Shown here: piece by piece, positions 25,229 to 38,676 of the stretch | Layout of the letters: every line of letters starts with the position of its first letter | Position numbering within the stretch: the first letter of the stretch is position 1 | DNA from: Centroscyllium fabricii | Lineage: Eukaryota | Length of the DNA stretch: 64,000 bases | Direction: 5' to 3' | NCBI GenBank assembly: GCA_051313645.2 | Contig: JBNRSN020000001.1 | Location: 544,732,001-544,796,000, forward strand | The notes under the pieces: model-generated | Told to the model about the DNA's origin: nothing | The model's database searches: none | Seen by the model: the letters and a program-made list of their open reading frames with translations, nothing else | Made by a program: the position numbers and the translations under genes

Positions 25229-25667
25229 AATGTTTAATAAAGCATTTAGCTAAGACATACAAGGCTACAAATTTCAATTGGCGAAGTTCATGTATGAATG
25301 CTTAATGTGCTCACGCTACATTCCTGCGCGTGCTATTTTTATGCAGGCATTAGGCATCATTTAAGATATTCAGGTTAACACCTGCTTAAAATAGCACAAA
25401 CAGGAATGGAGTATGAGGGCATTAAGCATTCATATGTGAACTTTACCAATCAGATTTTTGCTCCGACGATCTATTTATACAAAATAAAATACCGAGGAGG
25501 AAAGAGCAAGGTGATGGCTTCCTGACTCCTCCTCTGATTACTGGTAACCAGCAGTTTATCTTCATCCACAGGCTCTGCCTTGCGATTAATTTACACCATG
25601 CTTCAACCATTATGAGATGGCAATAGATTGTAGATGTCTTATTCATTTTAGTTTGTCAAGGAAAGTA

Positions 25668-26165
25668 CAGGTTGAACACCGTCAATCCGCTACCCGAAAA
25701 ACCGGCAGCTTCAGACGTCCGGCACAGATTTCCCTGAGTGGTCAGCGCCTGCGCAAAATGGCCACCGCGCTCTGCGCATGCGCAAAATGTCTGCCCGATT
25801 AAAAGAATAACAAGTAAAAATCAATGCATATCAAGTGGAAATGGAAGCTCCCTATCAGCAATTTCAATAAAGTAAATTCCAATGCAAAAATTAGCAAGTA
25901 ATAAATAACAAGGTGCAGAAGGGGAACCAATGAAATACTTACAAGTACTTTTGCGGTCCGAGTTACCCCGCTCCCTCCACAGGCTGTGAAGAGAACCTTG
26001 CTGAGAACATTCCCGAACAATGAGCACATGCGCAGACCATTCAAAATGGCCACCGGCCTTTCGCGGCGGCCATTTTGAATGGTCTGCGCATGCGCTCACC
26101 GAAGTTTCAATCGTTCGGAACTTTCACTTTTCCGGCACCATGCCAGATTAACGGTGCTCAACCTG
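25668..26165. mobile_element. Tigger/pogo-like MITE with an extra AT-rich internal segment
   Basis: caggttgaacaccgtcaatcc / gattaacggtgctcaacctg; TA TSD; ends shared with 16746-17040. Confidence 0.82.
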
Positions 26166-26495
26166 TATTACAGGGTACATAGACCCCTGATGCAATGTAT
26201 GGCTTGGATTTCCTAGTGAAGACATGAAATCCCCTGTTGATGGTTTGCAGTTGCACCCTTTACTGGAATTGCAGCCTTGAAACTGAAGTCACTAAAGTCC
26301 ATTTATTTATTTGCATGTCTGTTGGCTACATATAGTGTGTGATTTGCTTCACTGTACCAATCGTGACTAGTTTGCCATGATGAATTGCAATAAGGTTTGA
26401 GCAACCTCATGAACCAACACCTTGAAGTTAGCTGTGCACTTCAATCTAATTGTAATGTGAAGTACGACTGTTCCACATTGAGTCAGATTGACTCA

Positions 26496-27318
26496 GGGTG
26501 GGATTTTCCTCGGTCCGTGAGGGCGGCGATCCGGCGGGGCGGGGCCTAAAATCGTGGAACCGGGGGTCCCACCACCCGCCACCCCCCCCGCCGGATCGCC
26601 GCCGGCTTGTAAATTTTGGGTGGTGTGTCCCGCCGCCCCGAAACCTTCTCACCCGCTGCTGGTGGGGATGCTCGTTAAAGTAATTGAGGGCCCTTAATTG
26701 GTCTGCCTAATGCCATTTTAAGGGCCCTCACCTATTTTCCACCCCTTCCCACCCAAACCCCGCCATCCTAAAACCCCGCTGGTGAAACCCAGCGGGAGCA
26801 CAGTGGCCTTGGTCACTTTGTCCTTCAAGGTGTAGAAGGACCTACAGCAAAATGCTTTCCAGGCCTTCAACACCCTGGAGGTGTAAGTGACTCCCTTGGG
26901 TGAAGACCAGCTGTGGGAAAAACTTAAAAATCTTACCTGACAGCTCCATTGACCACTCCATTGACAGTTCCATTGACAGCCGGTCCCTAGCTGTCAAAGA
27001 TTTGCAGCCCGCCCGCCCACCTGTCACTCAGAGCACTTGGCCTTTCTCATTGGTTGCACTCCATTGTGATGTCACAGTGGAATGTTTCCATGGGAGCTGT
27101 AAACACACAGTCCCCGCAGCTGTCTGTCAAACTCCGAGAATCCCGGTGGAACTCCGTAATTGCCAACTCGACTGAGGCAATTACCAGGGGCTCCCAGGGA
27201 TTTAATCGAGCAATTAAAGGAAAATAGCGTCAGCTTTCCAGGCCCTTGGGCGGGCGGGACAGGGACCCGCCCTGACCAATCCCCACCAGGTTCCTGCACC
27301 TCCAGGAAAATCCCCCCC
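26496..27318. mobile_element. Harbinger-like MITE
   Basis: gggtgggattttcc / ggaaaatccccccc; TSD TCA; inverted relative at 59364-60142. Confidence 0.75.
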
Positions 27319-27324
27319 TCAGTT

Positions 27325-28290
27325 ACTAGGACTGCTGTATCACAGTTAGAAGGTTGTGAGTTCAAGCCCCACTCCAAGCCTTGAACATATAAGCCTGTAA
27401 ATTCCTGGTGCCCTGCTCTTCTGGCATAAGTGTGGCAGAACAGAACCCTTGCCTACTGCCAGAGACCCTGTCCCATATTCTGGACATGGGTCACTTGCCT
27501 AGCTGAGATGGAGCTGCTGGCCACTGCTAGGGTGCATCAGCGTTGTATCCCGGCCTAAGCCAATTGTCCCTTCCAAGACGGAGCAGAGTCCTCCAGAGGT
27601 CCAAATGGGCTGAAGAAAATTTAAAGAAATTCTTCAGCTCCCATTGGAACCATCCTGACTAAAGAAGGTAATCCCAGAGGGATTCATTACCTTACTCTAG
27701 TAAAGGTTTGGGTCCTTGTGAAGGTCCCATAGGGACTTAAGAGGGTCTCCACTGGCCTGAGGTATACAGAGGTCTAAAGTGTGAAGTGAGGAATTTCCCA
27801 GGGAATGCCGGGAACTCTCCAGATACGCCACCTTGACGTGGGAGGAGGGCTCAGATGGAAGATCCACCCATGGCTCCCCAACCGTAATTTCAAGGTCCGG
27901 GTCAAATGTGGTAGAATCCTAGCAGAGTCAAGATTGGTCCATTTTAATCCCGCTCCTACACCCCAAGCGTAACAGACCCTTATGCCTTCTCCAGCTCCAG
28001 GGATTTCGGGGCCACAATCTAGACTGATGCTTCAGTGCAGTACCAAGGCAGTGCTGCATTGTCAGAAGTATTTTGCAGATGAGACGTTAAACTGAGACTT
28101 CATTTCAAGTGGATGTAAAAGATGTCATGGCATTTTTTTTAAGAAGATCAGGGCATACTCCTGCTGTCCAAACTATCATTCCTCCCTCAACCAACAGCAC
28201 AGATGAATTCATTGCAGTTTGTTGCATCTTGCTGTGTTCAGATTGACTGCTGCATTCAAATTGGCTGCCGTGCTTACCTAACAACAGTGA
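27325..28290 (+). mobile_element. Decayed tRNA-derived Deu-domain SINE split by a MITE-like insert (~27394-28014)
   Basis: B-box-like gagttcaagcccc; body similar to the reverse complement of 48904-49210. Confidence 0.55.
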
Positions 28291-28824
28291 TGACACGAGC
28301 CCCAATTTTGGTCTTTGGTATGCATTGAGCGGCAAGTGGGCGGCGCAATTGCAAGACCCACCCGATTGAAATGGTGACTGGCAGCTTGCCTCATGTAACA
28401 AACATAGATTTTGTTTAGTTAAGTGGCAGTTAGAAGATTTCCAAGTATGGGGTACAAAAATGGGAATAATGATCCAAGGCAGCCCAACTTTTTCTTGTGG
28501 AGCCCCTGATCCTGCTGGCCCCACAAAATAATTTTTGACTTACCTTTTTGGGACATCTTCTAAGCTTCACTGAGTGGAGTGTCCTCTGTAGGCCCGAGTT
28601 CAAATGGTGGTGGAACAGGATTGTTGACCATCTTGATTTTAACTCCACTACCGCCCTGTTTCAGCTGGGCGGAAGGAGTTAAAATTGCCTCTAAAATATC
28701 TTCTTATGTCTTTTGGAAACATCCTAAAACACTTCACAGACAATGAATTATTTTGCAGCGCATTCACTGGAGGCAAACTAAACACATTAGAAGTTTTTAA
28801 AAATAGCTGTTCTCCTTGCAAGTA

Positions 28825-30090
28825 CAGGTACACAATCCCTTATCCGCAACTCCAAAAACCGAAAAGCTCCAAAAAACGAAGTTTTTCTTCAATTTATTTA
28901 AGAAAAAAATGATTTAAGCTGCAGCAGAAAAAACATGTTCCTACCCCGATCGTGTGCTGTTGATGCCGTGCTGAGGAAAAAAATGGCCGATCTCCTCCTG
29001 CAAACGGCCGGTCTCCCCTGAAAACGGCCGGTCTCCCCTGAAAACGGCCGGTCTCTCCTGCAAACGGCCGGTCTTCCCTGCAAACGGCCGGTCTTCCCTG
29101 CAAACGGCCGGTCTTCCCTGCAAACGGCCGGTCTCCCCTGAAAACGGCCGGTCTCCCCTGAAAACGGCCGGTCTCTCCTGCAAACGGCCGGTCTTCCCTG
29201 CAAACGGCCGGTCTTCCCTGCAAACGGCCGGTCTTCCCTGCAAACGGCCGGTCTTCCCTGCAAACGGCCGGTCTCCCCTGCAAACGGCCGGTCGCTCCTG
29301 CAAACGGCCGGTCGCTCCTGCAAACGGCCGGTCTCCCCTGCAAACGGCCGGTCGCTCCTGCAAACGGCCGGTCTCTCCTGCAAACGGCCGGTCTCTCCTG
29401 CAAACGGCCGGTCGCTCCTGCAAACGGCCGGTCGCTCCTGCAAACGGCCGGTCTCTCCTGCAAACGGCCGGTCGCTCCTGCAAACGGCCGGTCTCCCCTG
29501 CAAACGGCCGGTCGCTCCTGCAAACGGCCGGTCTCTCGTGCAAACGGCCGGTCTCTCGTGCAAATGGCCGGTCTCTCCTGCAAATGGCCGGTCTCTCCTG
29601 CAAACGGCCGGTCTCGCCTGCAAACGGCCGGTCTTCCCTGCAAACGGCCGGTCTCCCCTGAAAACGGCCGGTCTCTCCTGCAAACGGCCGGTCTTCCCTG
29701 CAAACGGCCGGTCTCCCCTGCAAACGGCCGGTCTCCCCTGCAAACGGCCGGTCTCCCCTGCAAACGGCCGGTCGCTCCTGCAAACTGCCGGTCGCTCCTG
29801 CAAACGGCCGGTCTCGCCTGCAAACGGCCGGTCTCTCCTGCAAACGGCCGGTCTCTCCTGCAAACGGCCGGTTTCTCCTGCAAACTGCCGATCTCTCCTT
29901 CAAATGGCCGATCTCCCACTCCAAACGGGCGATATGCCGTTCCCCGACCGCGAGCTGTGCCGCAAACACGGAAATGCGCATGCACAAGCGATCTGCGCAT
30001 GCGCACTGGGGCCAACTCTAAAAACCGTATTTATCTGAAATCCGAAACCCGCCTGGTCCCGAGGTTTTCGGAAAAAGGGTTGTGTACCTG
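28825..30090. mobile_element. Tigger/pogo-like MITE carrying a 20-bp tandem array
   Basis: TIRs caggtacacaatcccttatccg / cggaaaaagggttgtgtacctg; TA TSD. Confidence 0.88.
28981..29920. repeat. 20-bp minisatellite, about 47 units
   Basis: Unit caaacggccggtcNNcctg, no spacers. 29001-29120 is repeated at 29121-29240. Confidence 0.97.
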
Positions 30091-30598
30091 TAGAAGGCCT
30101 TCCTTTCATTTGCAGTCTACATAAATTAAACATTAGCAAGTCTACTGTATTAAAACACACATTTTATACCACATACAATGGCATAAGACTGGTGCGTAAT
30201 TCAGACTGAACTAATAGATATTTTAATCACCATGGATTCAGGAAATACAAAGAAAGGGTGATTAAGAATCTAAATAAATGTTTCTTTGAGGAGGATATTA
30301 ATCCGACCTCCATAAGATAATTAAGCCCGAGATAATTGGGTTGAGCTCTCGAGGTGGCGTGTCTTGCACACTGCCAGTTAAAACTAGTCATGATAAGCTT
30401 GAAGTGGAGTGTCACTGATACTAGCACATGTTTTTTCATGTGAGACCAAATATTATAAGAAGGGTATGTGAAGGTCATCTTGCTGGTAATATTTGTAAAC
30501 AATTAGTCTGACAGTATCTGCAGTATGTCAAACAGCAGCTAAAATGAAGATTTTACCTTTCCAATATCAGGCTGTGCAATAAAAATAATAAAAACACA

Positions 30599-31326
30599 GG
30601 GGGAAAAATTTGGTTGCTTGTGCCAGCCATTAGCGCCCTAAGAGGGCTGCTAATGGGGCGCAAGCCTGTCCTAGCGCCTCCCGCCATATTCAGTGGGGCG
30701 CTGGCATGTGCGGTAGCCGGTATTACCCCATGGCTCTACGCCGCCGGCAATGATGTCATCAGAGTGCGCAGCGCCCCGCTCGTGCCCAGGCCGCGAACTT
30801 CAGTCGCGCCCGCTGCCGTACCAGCTGACGCAGTCAGCGACAGCTTCATGCTGTCGTGCTTGCAGCAGGGGAGTGATAATTAAAGGGAAGGGTGCTGGGC
30901 GGCCATTTTTCTTGCAGGCCGACTGCCAGCACCTGCCCCCTTTGCTGTCCCCGGCCTTCCCCGATGCCCCCCCCCCCCTTCGCGGTGTGCTGGCTGCACT
31001 TCCCTCGAGTGCCGGGCTCCTTCAGCGGCATCGCGATCCCCGGCGGCCCAACAGGGCTCCAGCCGGAACTGCGCTGGGCCACTCTCCTTTAATCAGGGGA
31101 GGAAGGTCTGCAGTACCGCGGCACGGCACTCTGCATAGCGTGGCGCAGCAACCCACAGCGCCGGAAATTCAGTTGTTGCGCCTAAAGAACGAGGTCGGGC
31201 CCGACCTCCTACTTTGGGCGCTACAATGGAATTTCCCGAGGAACAGCGCGACCGTTAGCCGGGCGCTAAAAGTAGCGCACCGCCGAGTTTAGCGCCCCAA
31301 AATGGGCGCCACCGAATCTTTCCCCC
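30599..31326. mobile_element. GC-rich MITE-like element
   Basis: gggggaaaaatttgg / ccgaatctttccccc ends and subterminal agcgcc repeats; no clear TSD. Confidence 0.55.
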
Positions 31327-31518
31327 ATCGATGTGTTTCTTACTTATGCAATATCTTTTAACAGAGCTTTCAGCCGCCTCTGTACTTCCCTAATCCTCTC
31401 TGCTTTTCTATCTCCCTCTTCTCCTTTATGGCCCTCCTGAAAACCCATCTCTTTGACCAAGCTTTTGGTCATACCTCCCAATTTCTACCCTCCTGATTGT
31501 GGTAACCGTTATATGTCC

Positions 31519-31805
31519 TGTAACCTTCAATAACGTCCTCGGAGTCGAGTAGTAGGTTAGAACAATCAGGCTTTTATTCACTACATTTGGAACATGCACC
31601 AGCAAGCCGACTGTCCCCAGGAATGGCATGGGGGATGGGAGCAGTCACTTATATACCTCCTCCTGCGGGGGAGGAGTCGTGGGCGGAGCCAACCTGGGCA
31701 TGTCCCAGGTATCATCTCACAGTATAGTACAGTACAGGTATTTACAAGGTTACATCGTGATACATGGTAGTTAACTATATACAAGTGATATACACGTTTA
31801 TCACA
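31519..31805 (-). mobile_element. Solo LTR nested in the 5' LTR of element B
   Basis: TG...CA; TSD TGTCC/TGTAC; absent from the 3' LTR. Confidence 0.87.
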
Positions 31806-32115
31806 TGTACTCTTATTACCACCTTAATATTGTTACCAATATTACACTGCATGTATAGCGGCCGGGTGCATGATACAACTGTTCTGTATTGCGACACTGT
31901 CGCGGGGTCAGGTCAGCCACACCTCTAACTCCTCCCCTCAGGTGAGTGCCTTATAGGTGGGGTCTGATCTGCCCCCATTCATTCTGTACCTGATGTTCGA
32001 TCGGAGCATAGCTCCTTTGTAAGCTAATAAAAGCCTTTAGTTAAGGTAACTACGCGTCTTTAGTTTTATTAGACTATTGACGATACGTCAATCTTATTAG
32101 CTTAACATTTTTGAA

Positions 32116-35100
32116 ATGGAGAGCGGCGCTGTGAAACACGAAAAGCTGGACATTACTCCACAGGACCCAGCCGCCGCCAACACCTTCGAACACTGGTTCG
32201 GCCTCGTCGAGGCCTACATGGACGCCGCCAAGGCTACAACCGACGGGAACAAGCTACATGTTCTCAGATCCAGGATCTCCAGCCGGGTCTTCTCCTTCAT
32301 CCGTGACGCTAAGACGTACACTGAGGCCGTGGAGAAACTGAAGAAATGCTACGAGCGCCCGGTCCACTCTGTCTACGCCAGACATGTGCTCGCGACCAGA
32401 CCACAACTATCAAGTGAGTCTAATGAACAGTTCCTGTTGGCGCTCCAAGCCCTTGTCCGGGCCTGTGACTGCCAACCACGGACGGCACAAGAGGAGGCGA
32501 ACCTCCTCGTCCGGGACGCCTATGTAACAGGAATCAAGTCCGCAGAGGCCCGCCAGCGGCTGCTGGAAAAGGACACATTAACTCTAGACGAGGCGATCTC
32601 CGTCTCCAACGCCGTGGAGGGCGCACGCCGCAAGCTATAGGCGTACGGCGGCCCAAACCCACATGCTACCTTCGACTCCTGGGCAACTCCACAACGGGTC
32701 GAGACCCCCACAACGGCAGCGGCAGCTGCGAAGACGCCGGCGGGGAAGAGATGTTACTTCTGCGGCCAGGGACTACACCCACGGGCGAAATGCCCCGCGA
32801 GGACCGCGACCTGCGAGAGGTGCTTGAAAAAGGGACACTACGCCAAGGCCTGCAAATCGGCCCCGGCGTCCAGCTCCAGGTACAACAGCGCGGCCTGCGG
32901 AAGCTCGAACACCGGCCCTTGGCCTCAGGTAAGCTGCAGCTGCAGCGCGATACAGCAACGATCCAGGGGTAGAGTAAAAGCGCCCCCGTCCCCCACCCTG
33001 ATGCCCACGGCACGCCAAACTCAGCCACGACCGGCTATGTGCGACCCCCCAACGCCGGCATCCCGCCCAGCGCGGCCCGCTGCGTGCGAATCACGGGCAG
33101 TGCCAACCCAGCCACCACGGCTCGCTGCATGCGAACCACGGGCACTGCCACCGCGGCCACAGCGACCCGCCACGTGCGACCCCCCGGCACCGCCATCTTG
33201 TCTTCAGCGGCCAGCCATGTGCGACTCCCCGGCGCCGCCATCTTGTCTTCAGCGGCCAGCCATGTGCGACCCCCGGCGCCGCCATCTTGTCTCCAGTGGC
33301 CAGCCATGTGCGAACCATAGGCACCGCCATCTTGTGCACGGCCCCGGCCAATGGAGGGCTCCCACACAAACACACACACTTCGGCCTCAGCTACCCTGAA
33401 AGTCGACCAGGCTAGGCCGCACACACTATCAAATTCCATGATGGGGATTAAAGTCAACGGCCATGCCACTAACTGCCTGTTCGACACCGGAAGCACAGAG
33501 AGCTTCATCCACCCTGATACAGTGCAGCGCTACGGACTGCAGATCATGCCCACGCGCTACCAAGTCTCCCTTGCTTCACAGTCCCACACCGCGGACGTCA
33601 CCGGCTACTGCTCCGTCACGCTCACAAATAAGGGCTGCGTGTACCGTAATTTTAAATTGTACATACTGAAGCAGTTGTGCTGCCCAGTCTTACTGGGACT
33701 GGATTTCCAGTGCCACCTTAAGAGCGTGACAATGGAGTTCGGTGGGACCCTGCCCCACCTCACCGTCAGTAGCCGGGACAATCCCTTCCTAAAGCGGAGC
33801 CCGACTTGCGGCCTTTCCACCCTGAAAGTCGACGCCCCCTCACTGTTCGCCAACCTCAACCCCAACTGCAAGCCCATTGCTACCAAGAGTCGGCGTTACA
33901 GTGCAGGGGATCGGACATTTATCAGGTCGGAGGTCGGGCGTATGCTGATGGAGGGGATAATTGAAGCCAGCATCAGCCCCTGGCGGGCCCAGGTCGTAGT
34001 GGTTAAGACTGGCGAAAAACAGCGGATGGTGATCGACTACAGCCAGACCATTAACCGCTACACCGGGTTCGACGCCTACCCCCTCCCCCGCATCTCGGAA
34101 ATGGTTAACCAGATCGCCCAGTACAAGGTGTTCTCCACAATCGACCTTAAGTCGGCGTATCACCAACTCCCGATCCGGAAAGCCGACCGCCCGTACACCG
34201 CCTTCGAGGCGAACGGTCGGCTCTACCACTTCCTCCGGGTCCCCTTCGGCGTGACCAACGGAGTGTCGGTATTCCAGAGGGAGATGGACCGCATGGTTGA
34301 CCAGAACGGGTTGCAGGCCACCTTCCCCTACCTGGACAACTTGGCCATCTGCGGCCATGACCAGCAGGACCACGATGCCAACCTGGCCAAATTCCTCGAC
34401 ACGGCGAAACGGCTTGATCTCACATACAATAAAGATAAGTGCGTCTTTAGTACAGATCGGCTCGCCATCCTCGGATACGTGGTGGAAAAAGGGGTCCTCG
34501 GCCCCGACCCACAGCGTATGCGCCCCTTACAGAAACTGCCCCTTCCTCACAACCTCAAAGCCCTGAAGAGATGTCTGGGATTTTTCTCCTATTACGCGCA
34601 ATGGGTTCCCCAGTTCGCGGATAAGGCCAGACCGCTCCTTAAGGCTGCCGTCTTCCCCCTCTCAGTAGAACCCAAACGGCATTCGCCCGGATCAAGGAAG
34701 ATATCATCAAGGCGACCATGCATCCCGTTGATGAGTCCATCCCTTTCCAGGTGGAGAGTGACGCTTCGGACTTTGCCCTTGCCGCCACCCTGAATCAGGC
34801 AGGCAGGCCCGTAGTACATTTCTCGCGCACCCTACAGGGACCCGAACTTCGCCACTCCGCAGTGGAAAAGGAGGCCCAGGCCATCGTGGAGGCCGTGCGC
34901 TACTGGCGTCATTACCTGGCCGGTAAGCATTTTACCCTGCTCACCGACCAACGGTCGGTCGCGTTTATGTTTAACAATAAACAAAAGGGTAAAATCAAGA
35001 ATGCTAAGATCCTGCGGTGGCGGATCGAGCTCTCGACTTACGAGTACGACATTCTTTACCGACCAGGCAAACTCAATGAACCCCCGGACGCACTGCCCAG

Positions 35101-36202
35101 GGGAACGTGCGCCAGTGCCCAGCTAGACTGGCTGAAGGAACTCCACGATCGCCTCTGCCACCCGGGTGTCACCAGACTTGCCCACTTCGTTAAATCCCGT
35201 AGCCTCCCCTACTCCATCACAGAGATCAAGGCTATGACCCGAGAGTGCCCTGTTTGCGCCGAGTGCAAACCTCAATTTTTCAGGCCAGACACGGCGCGCC
35301 TCATTAAGGCCACCCGCCCCTTTGAACGTCTGAGCGTGGACTTCAAAGGCCCCCTCCCCTCCACCGACCGCAACTCGTACTTCCTCACGGTAGTAGACGA
35401 GTTCTCCCGCTTCCCCTTCGCCTTCCCCTGCCCAGATATGATGAGCGCAACGGTGATCAAACACTTCACCACGCTGTTCGCCATTTTCGGTCTCCCCAGC
35501 TACATTCATAGCGACCGGGGGTCGTCGTTCATGAGCGACGAACTGCGTCAGTTTCTGCTCCAGAAAAGGGTTGCCTCGAGCAGAACGACCAGTTACAACC
35601 CCCGGGGGAACGGCCAGGTAGAAAGGGAGAACGGGATTATCTGGAAGGCGGTCAGCCTGGCTCTGAAGTCCAGAGGCCTTCCAGTGTCCCGTTGGCAGGC
35701 AGTCCTCCCAGACGCGCTGCACTCGATCCGCTCTCTGTTGTGTACGGCCACTAACGCCACACCTCACGATTTACTCTCTTCCTTCCCCAGGAAGTCGACT
35801 TCGGGGACAGCCCTCCCACCATGGCTCATGATGCCGGGGCCGGTCTTGCTTAGGAAGCATGTCCGAGGCCATAAGACCGACCCCCTGTTGGACAAGGTGC
35901 AGCTGCTGCACGCCAACCCGCAGTACGCGTATGTGCAGTTCCCGGACGGGCGCGAGGACACCATCTCCATCAGGGACCTAGCGCCCGCCGGGAGCACCAC
36001 AGCAGAATCCTTGCTCGGGCCCCAGCACGTCCAGCCACTACATTTCGGCCACCTCCAGCCACTACATCTCGACCACTGGCCGGTACCTCGCCCTCAACCC
36101 ACTGGAGGCTGGCCGCTACTACCTTACGCACCACAGCCCTCGTCATTGACAGCTGAGGACCAGGAAGCAGACGACCAGCCGCAGGCACAGCAGCAACCGT
36201 AG
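32116..36202 (+). pseudogene. gag-pol of element B with a stop and frameshifts
   Basis: ORFs 32116-32640 (gag), 33351-34793 (PR LFDTGS, RT YLDN) and 34718-36202 (RNase H, integrase). Confidence 0.9.
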
Positions 36203-36859
36203 GGCTCGAACCCACCGCCACCACCAGCACCTACGGTACTGGCACCAGCGCCGCCGCCACCACCGACACCAGTGCCGAAACTGCAGGCACCAGAACCGCT
36301 GACAGAGACCCGGCGGTCCTCCAGACAGACGCGACCGGGATCCATTCACCCCGCCGGACTTAATTTTCAAAGAAGGGGTGAATGTGGTAACCGTTATATG
36401 TACTCTTATTACCACCTTACACTGCATGTATAGCGGCCGGGTGCATGATACAACTGTTCTGTATTGCGACACTGTCGCGGGGTCAGGTCAGCCACACCTC
36501 TAACTCCTCCCCTCAGGTGAGTGCCTTATAGGTGGGGTCTGACCTGCCCCCATTCATTCTGTACCTGATGTTCAATCGGAGCGTAGCTCCTTTGTAAGCT
36601 AATAAAAGCCTTTAGTTAAGGTAACTACGCGTCTTTAATTTTATTAGACTATTGACGATACGTCACTGATTCCGTGTCCATTTGCTATTTCCCTTATGCC
36701 TATTTGTGAAGTGCCATGGGCCATTTTTCATGTTCAATGTGGCCAGTAAATATAAGTTGTTGCCTTTGTATGTAATTCCTCTGTCATACTACTTAATAAA
36801 AGCAATGAACCACTTAAAATAGCAGGCAAAAGAATTTCACCCAGTCGGAAATCACACGG

Positions 36860-38288
36860 CACAAGTTCTTTGAGGACATAACATATAGGGTGGATAAAGG
36901 GGAACCAGTGGATGTGGTGTATTTGGACTTCCAAAAGGCATTTGACAAGGTGCCCCACAGAAGATTATTACTCAAGATAAAAAGTCACGGGGTTGGGGGT
37001 AATATTCTGGCATTGGCTTTCTAACAGAAAACAGAGAGTTGGGATAAATGGTTCGTTCTCAGACTGGCAGTCAGTCACTAGTGGTGTTCTGCAAGGGTCG
37101 GTGCTGGGACCCCAACTCTTTACAATCTATATTAACGATTTGGAAGAAGGAACCAAGTGCAACATATCAAAGTTTGCGGATGACACAAAATGGGAGGGAG
37201 GGTGATGAATGAGGAGGACATTAAAATCCTGCAAAAGGACATAGATAGGCTAAGTGAGTGGGCAGAGATTTGGCAGATGGAGTATAATACTGGAAAATGT
37301 GAAGTTATGCACTTTGGCAGGAAAAATAATAGAGCGAGTTATTATCTAAATGGAATGGAACTGGAAAGTACTTCAGTGCAAAGGGATCTGGGGGTCCTGG
37401 TGCAGGAAACACAAAAAGTTAATATGCAGCTGCAGCAGGTGGTCAGGAAGGCCAACGGAATGTTGGCTTTTATTGCTAAGGGGATTGAGTATAAAAGCAG
37501 GGAGGTCTTGCTGCAGTTGTACAGCGTATTGGTGAGACTACTCCTGGAATACTGCGTGCAGTTCTGGTATCCCTATTTAAGAAAGGACATACTTGCTCTT
37601 GAGGCAGTGCAGAGAAGGTTCACTAGGTTAATTCCGGGGATGAGGGGGCTAACATATGACGAGAGGCTGAGTAGATTGGGCCTCTACTCATTGGAGTTCA
37701 GAAGAATGAGAGGCGATCTTATTGAAACATATAAGATTGTGAGAGGGCTTGATCGGGTGGATGCGGTGAGGATGTTCCCAATGGTGGGTGAAACTAGGAC
37801 TAGGGGGCATGATCTTAAAATAAGGGGCTGCCATTTCAAAACTGAGATGAGGAGAAACTTCTTCACTCAGAGGGTGGTGGGGCTGTGGAATTTGCTGCCC
37901 CAGAGAGCTGTGGAAGCTACTACGTTGAATAAATTTAAAACAGAGATAGACAGTTTCCTGTAATTAAAGGGAATTAGGGGTTATGGTGAGCGGGCAGGTA
38001 AGTGGACGCGAGGCTAGGTTCAGATCGGCCATGTGATCTCCTGGACCAGTTTTCGATCGACTAGATGGGTCGGAGAGGAATTTCCCAGATTTTTTCTCCC
38101 AAATTGGCTATTGGGTTTTTTATCTGTTTTTTCGCCTCTCCCAGGTGATCACATGGGTTCGGGCAGGGTGGAGAGTAAAAATAAAATTGAGGTTAGGATC
38201 AGATCAGCCATGATCTTGTTGAATGTCGGAGCAGGCTCGAGGGGCCGATTGGCCTACTGCTGCTCCTATTTCTTATGTTCTTATGTTC
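36860..38288 (+). mobile_element. 5'-truncated CR1/HER1 LINE
   Basis: YLDFQKAFDKVPH, SGV.QGSVLGP, KFADD, LEYCVQFW; (tatgttct)n tail. Confidence 0.92.
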
Positions 38289-38676
38289 AACGCCTGTATG
38301 AAAGCCATAATCATTTACAACAAATCCTTGTGCAAATGGTTCTTTCAATTTACCGATAAGGAGTCTCAAAGTTAGTAACCTTAATTAAGTCTAAAAATAA
38401 AGACTTGCATTTATATAGCGCCTTTCGTGGTCTTAGGACGTTCCAATATGCTTTGCAGCCAGCAACGTACTTTTTGAAGTATAGTCACTATTGTAATATA
38501 GGAAATCTATAATCTCAGTCATTGATAAATAAATGTTTTGGGTGGGGTCAACAATCTCATTGGGGACATATATCTCCTTTGCTTATTCCTATTCTGTGAC
38601 CAAAACAAATGTACATCAGAGTTAATCCCCTCTCTTTGAAAACAGTCCATCTGACTTGTTTGTATTTTACTGGTAG

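Larger units (their letters stand above)
31498..36665 (+). mobile_element. Full-length Mag-like Gypsy element ('element B')
   Basis: LTRs 31498-32090 (with nested solo LTR) and 36383-36665; TSD CTGAT; PPT aagaaggggtgaa. Confidence 0.95.

Noticed and set aside
28894-30124. CRISPR-like array or long repetitive ORFs
   Set aside because: Contiguous 20-bp units with no unique spacers, no cas genes, eukaryotic context. The ORFs exist only because the unit lacks stop codons.
32638-32640. Programmed gag stop-codon readthrough in element B
   Set aside because: Sister element C has GAG (Glu) at this position and the stop precedes the zinc knuckles, so it is a point mutation.
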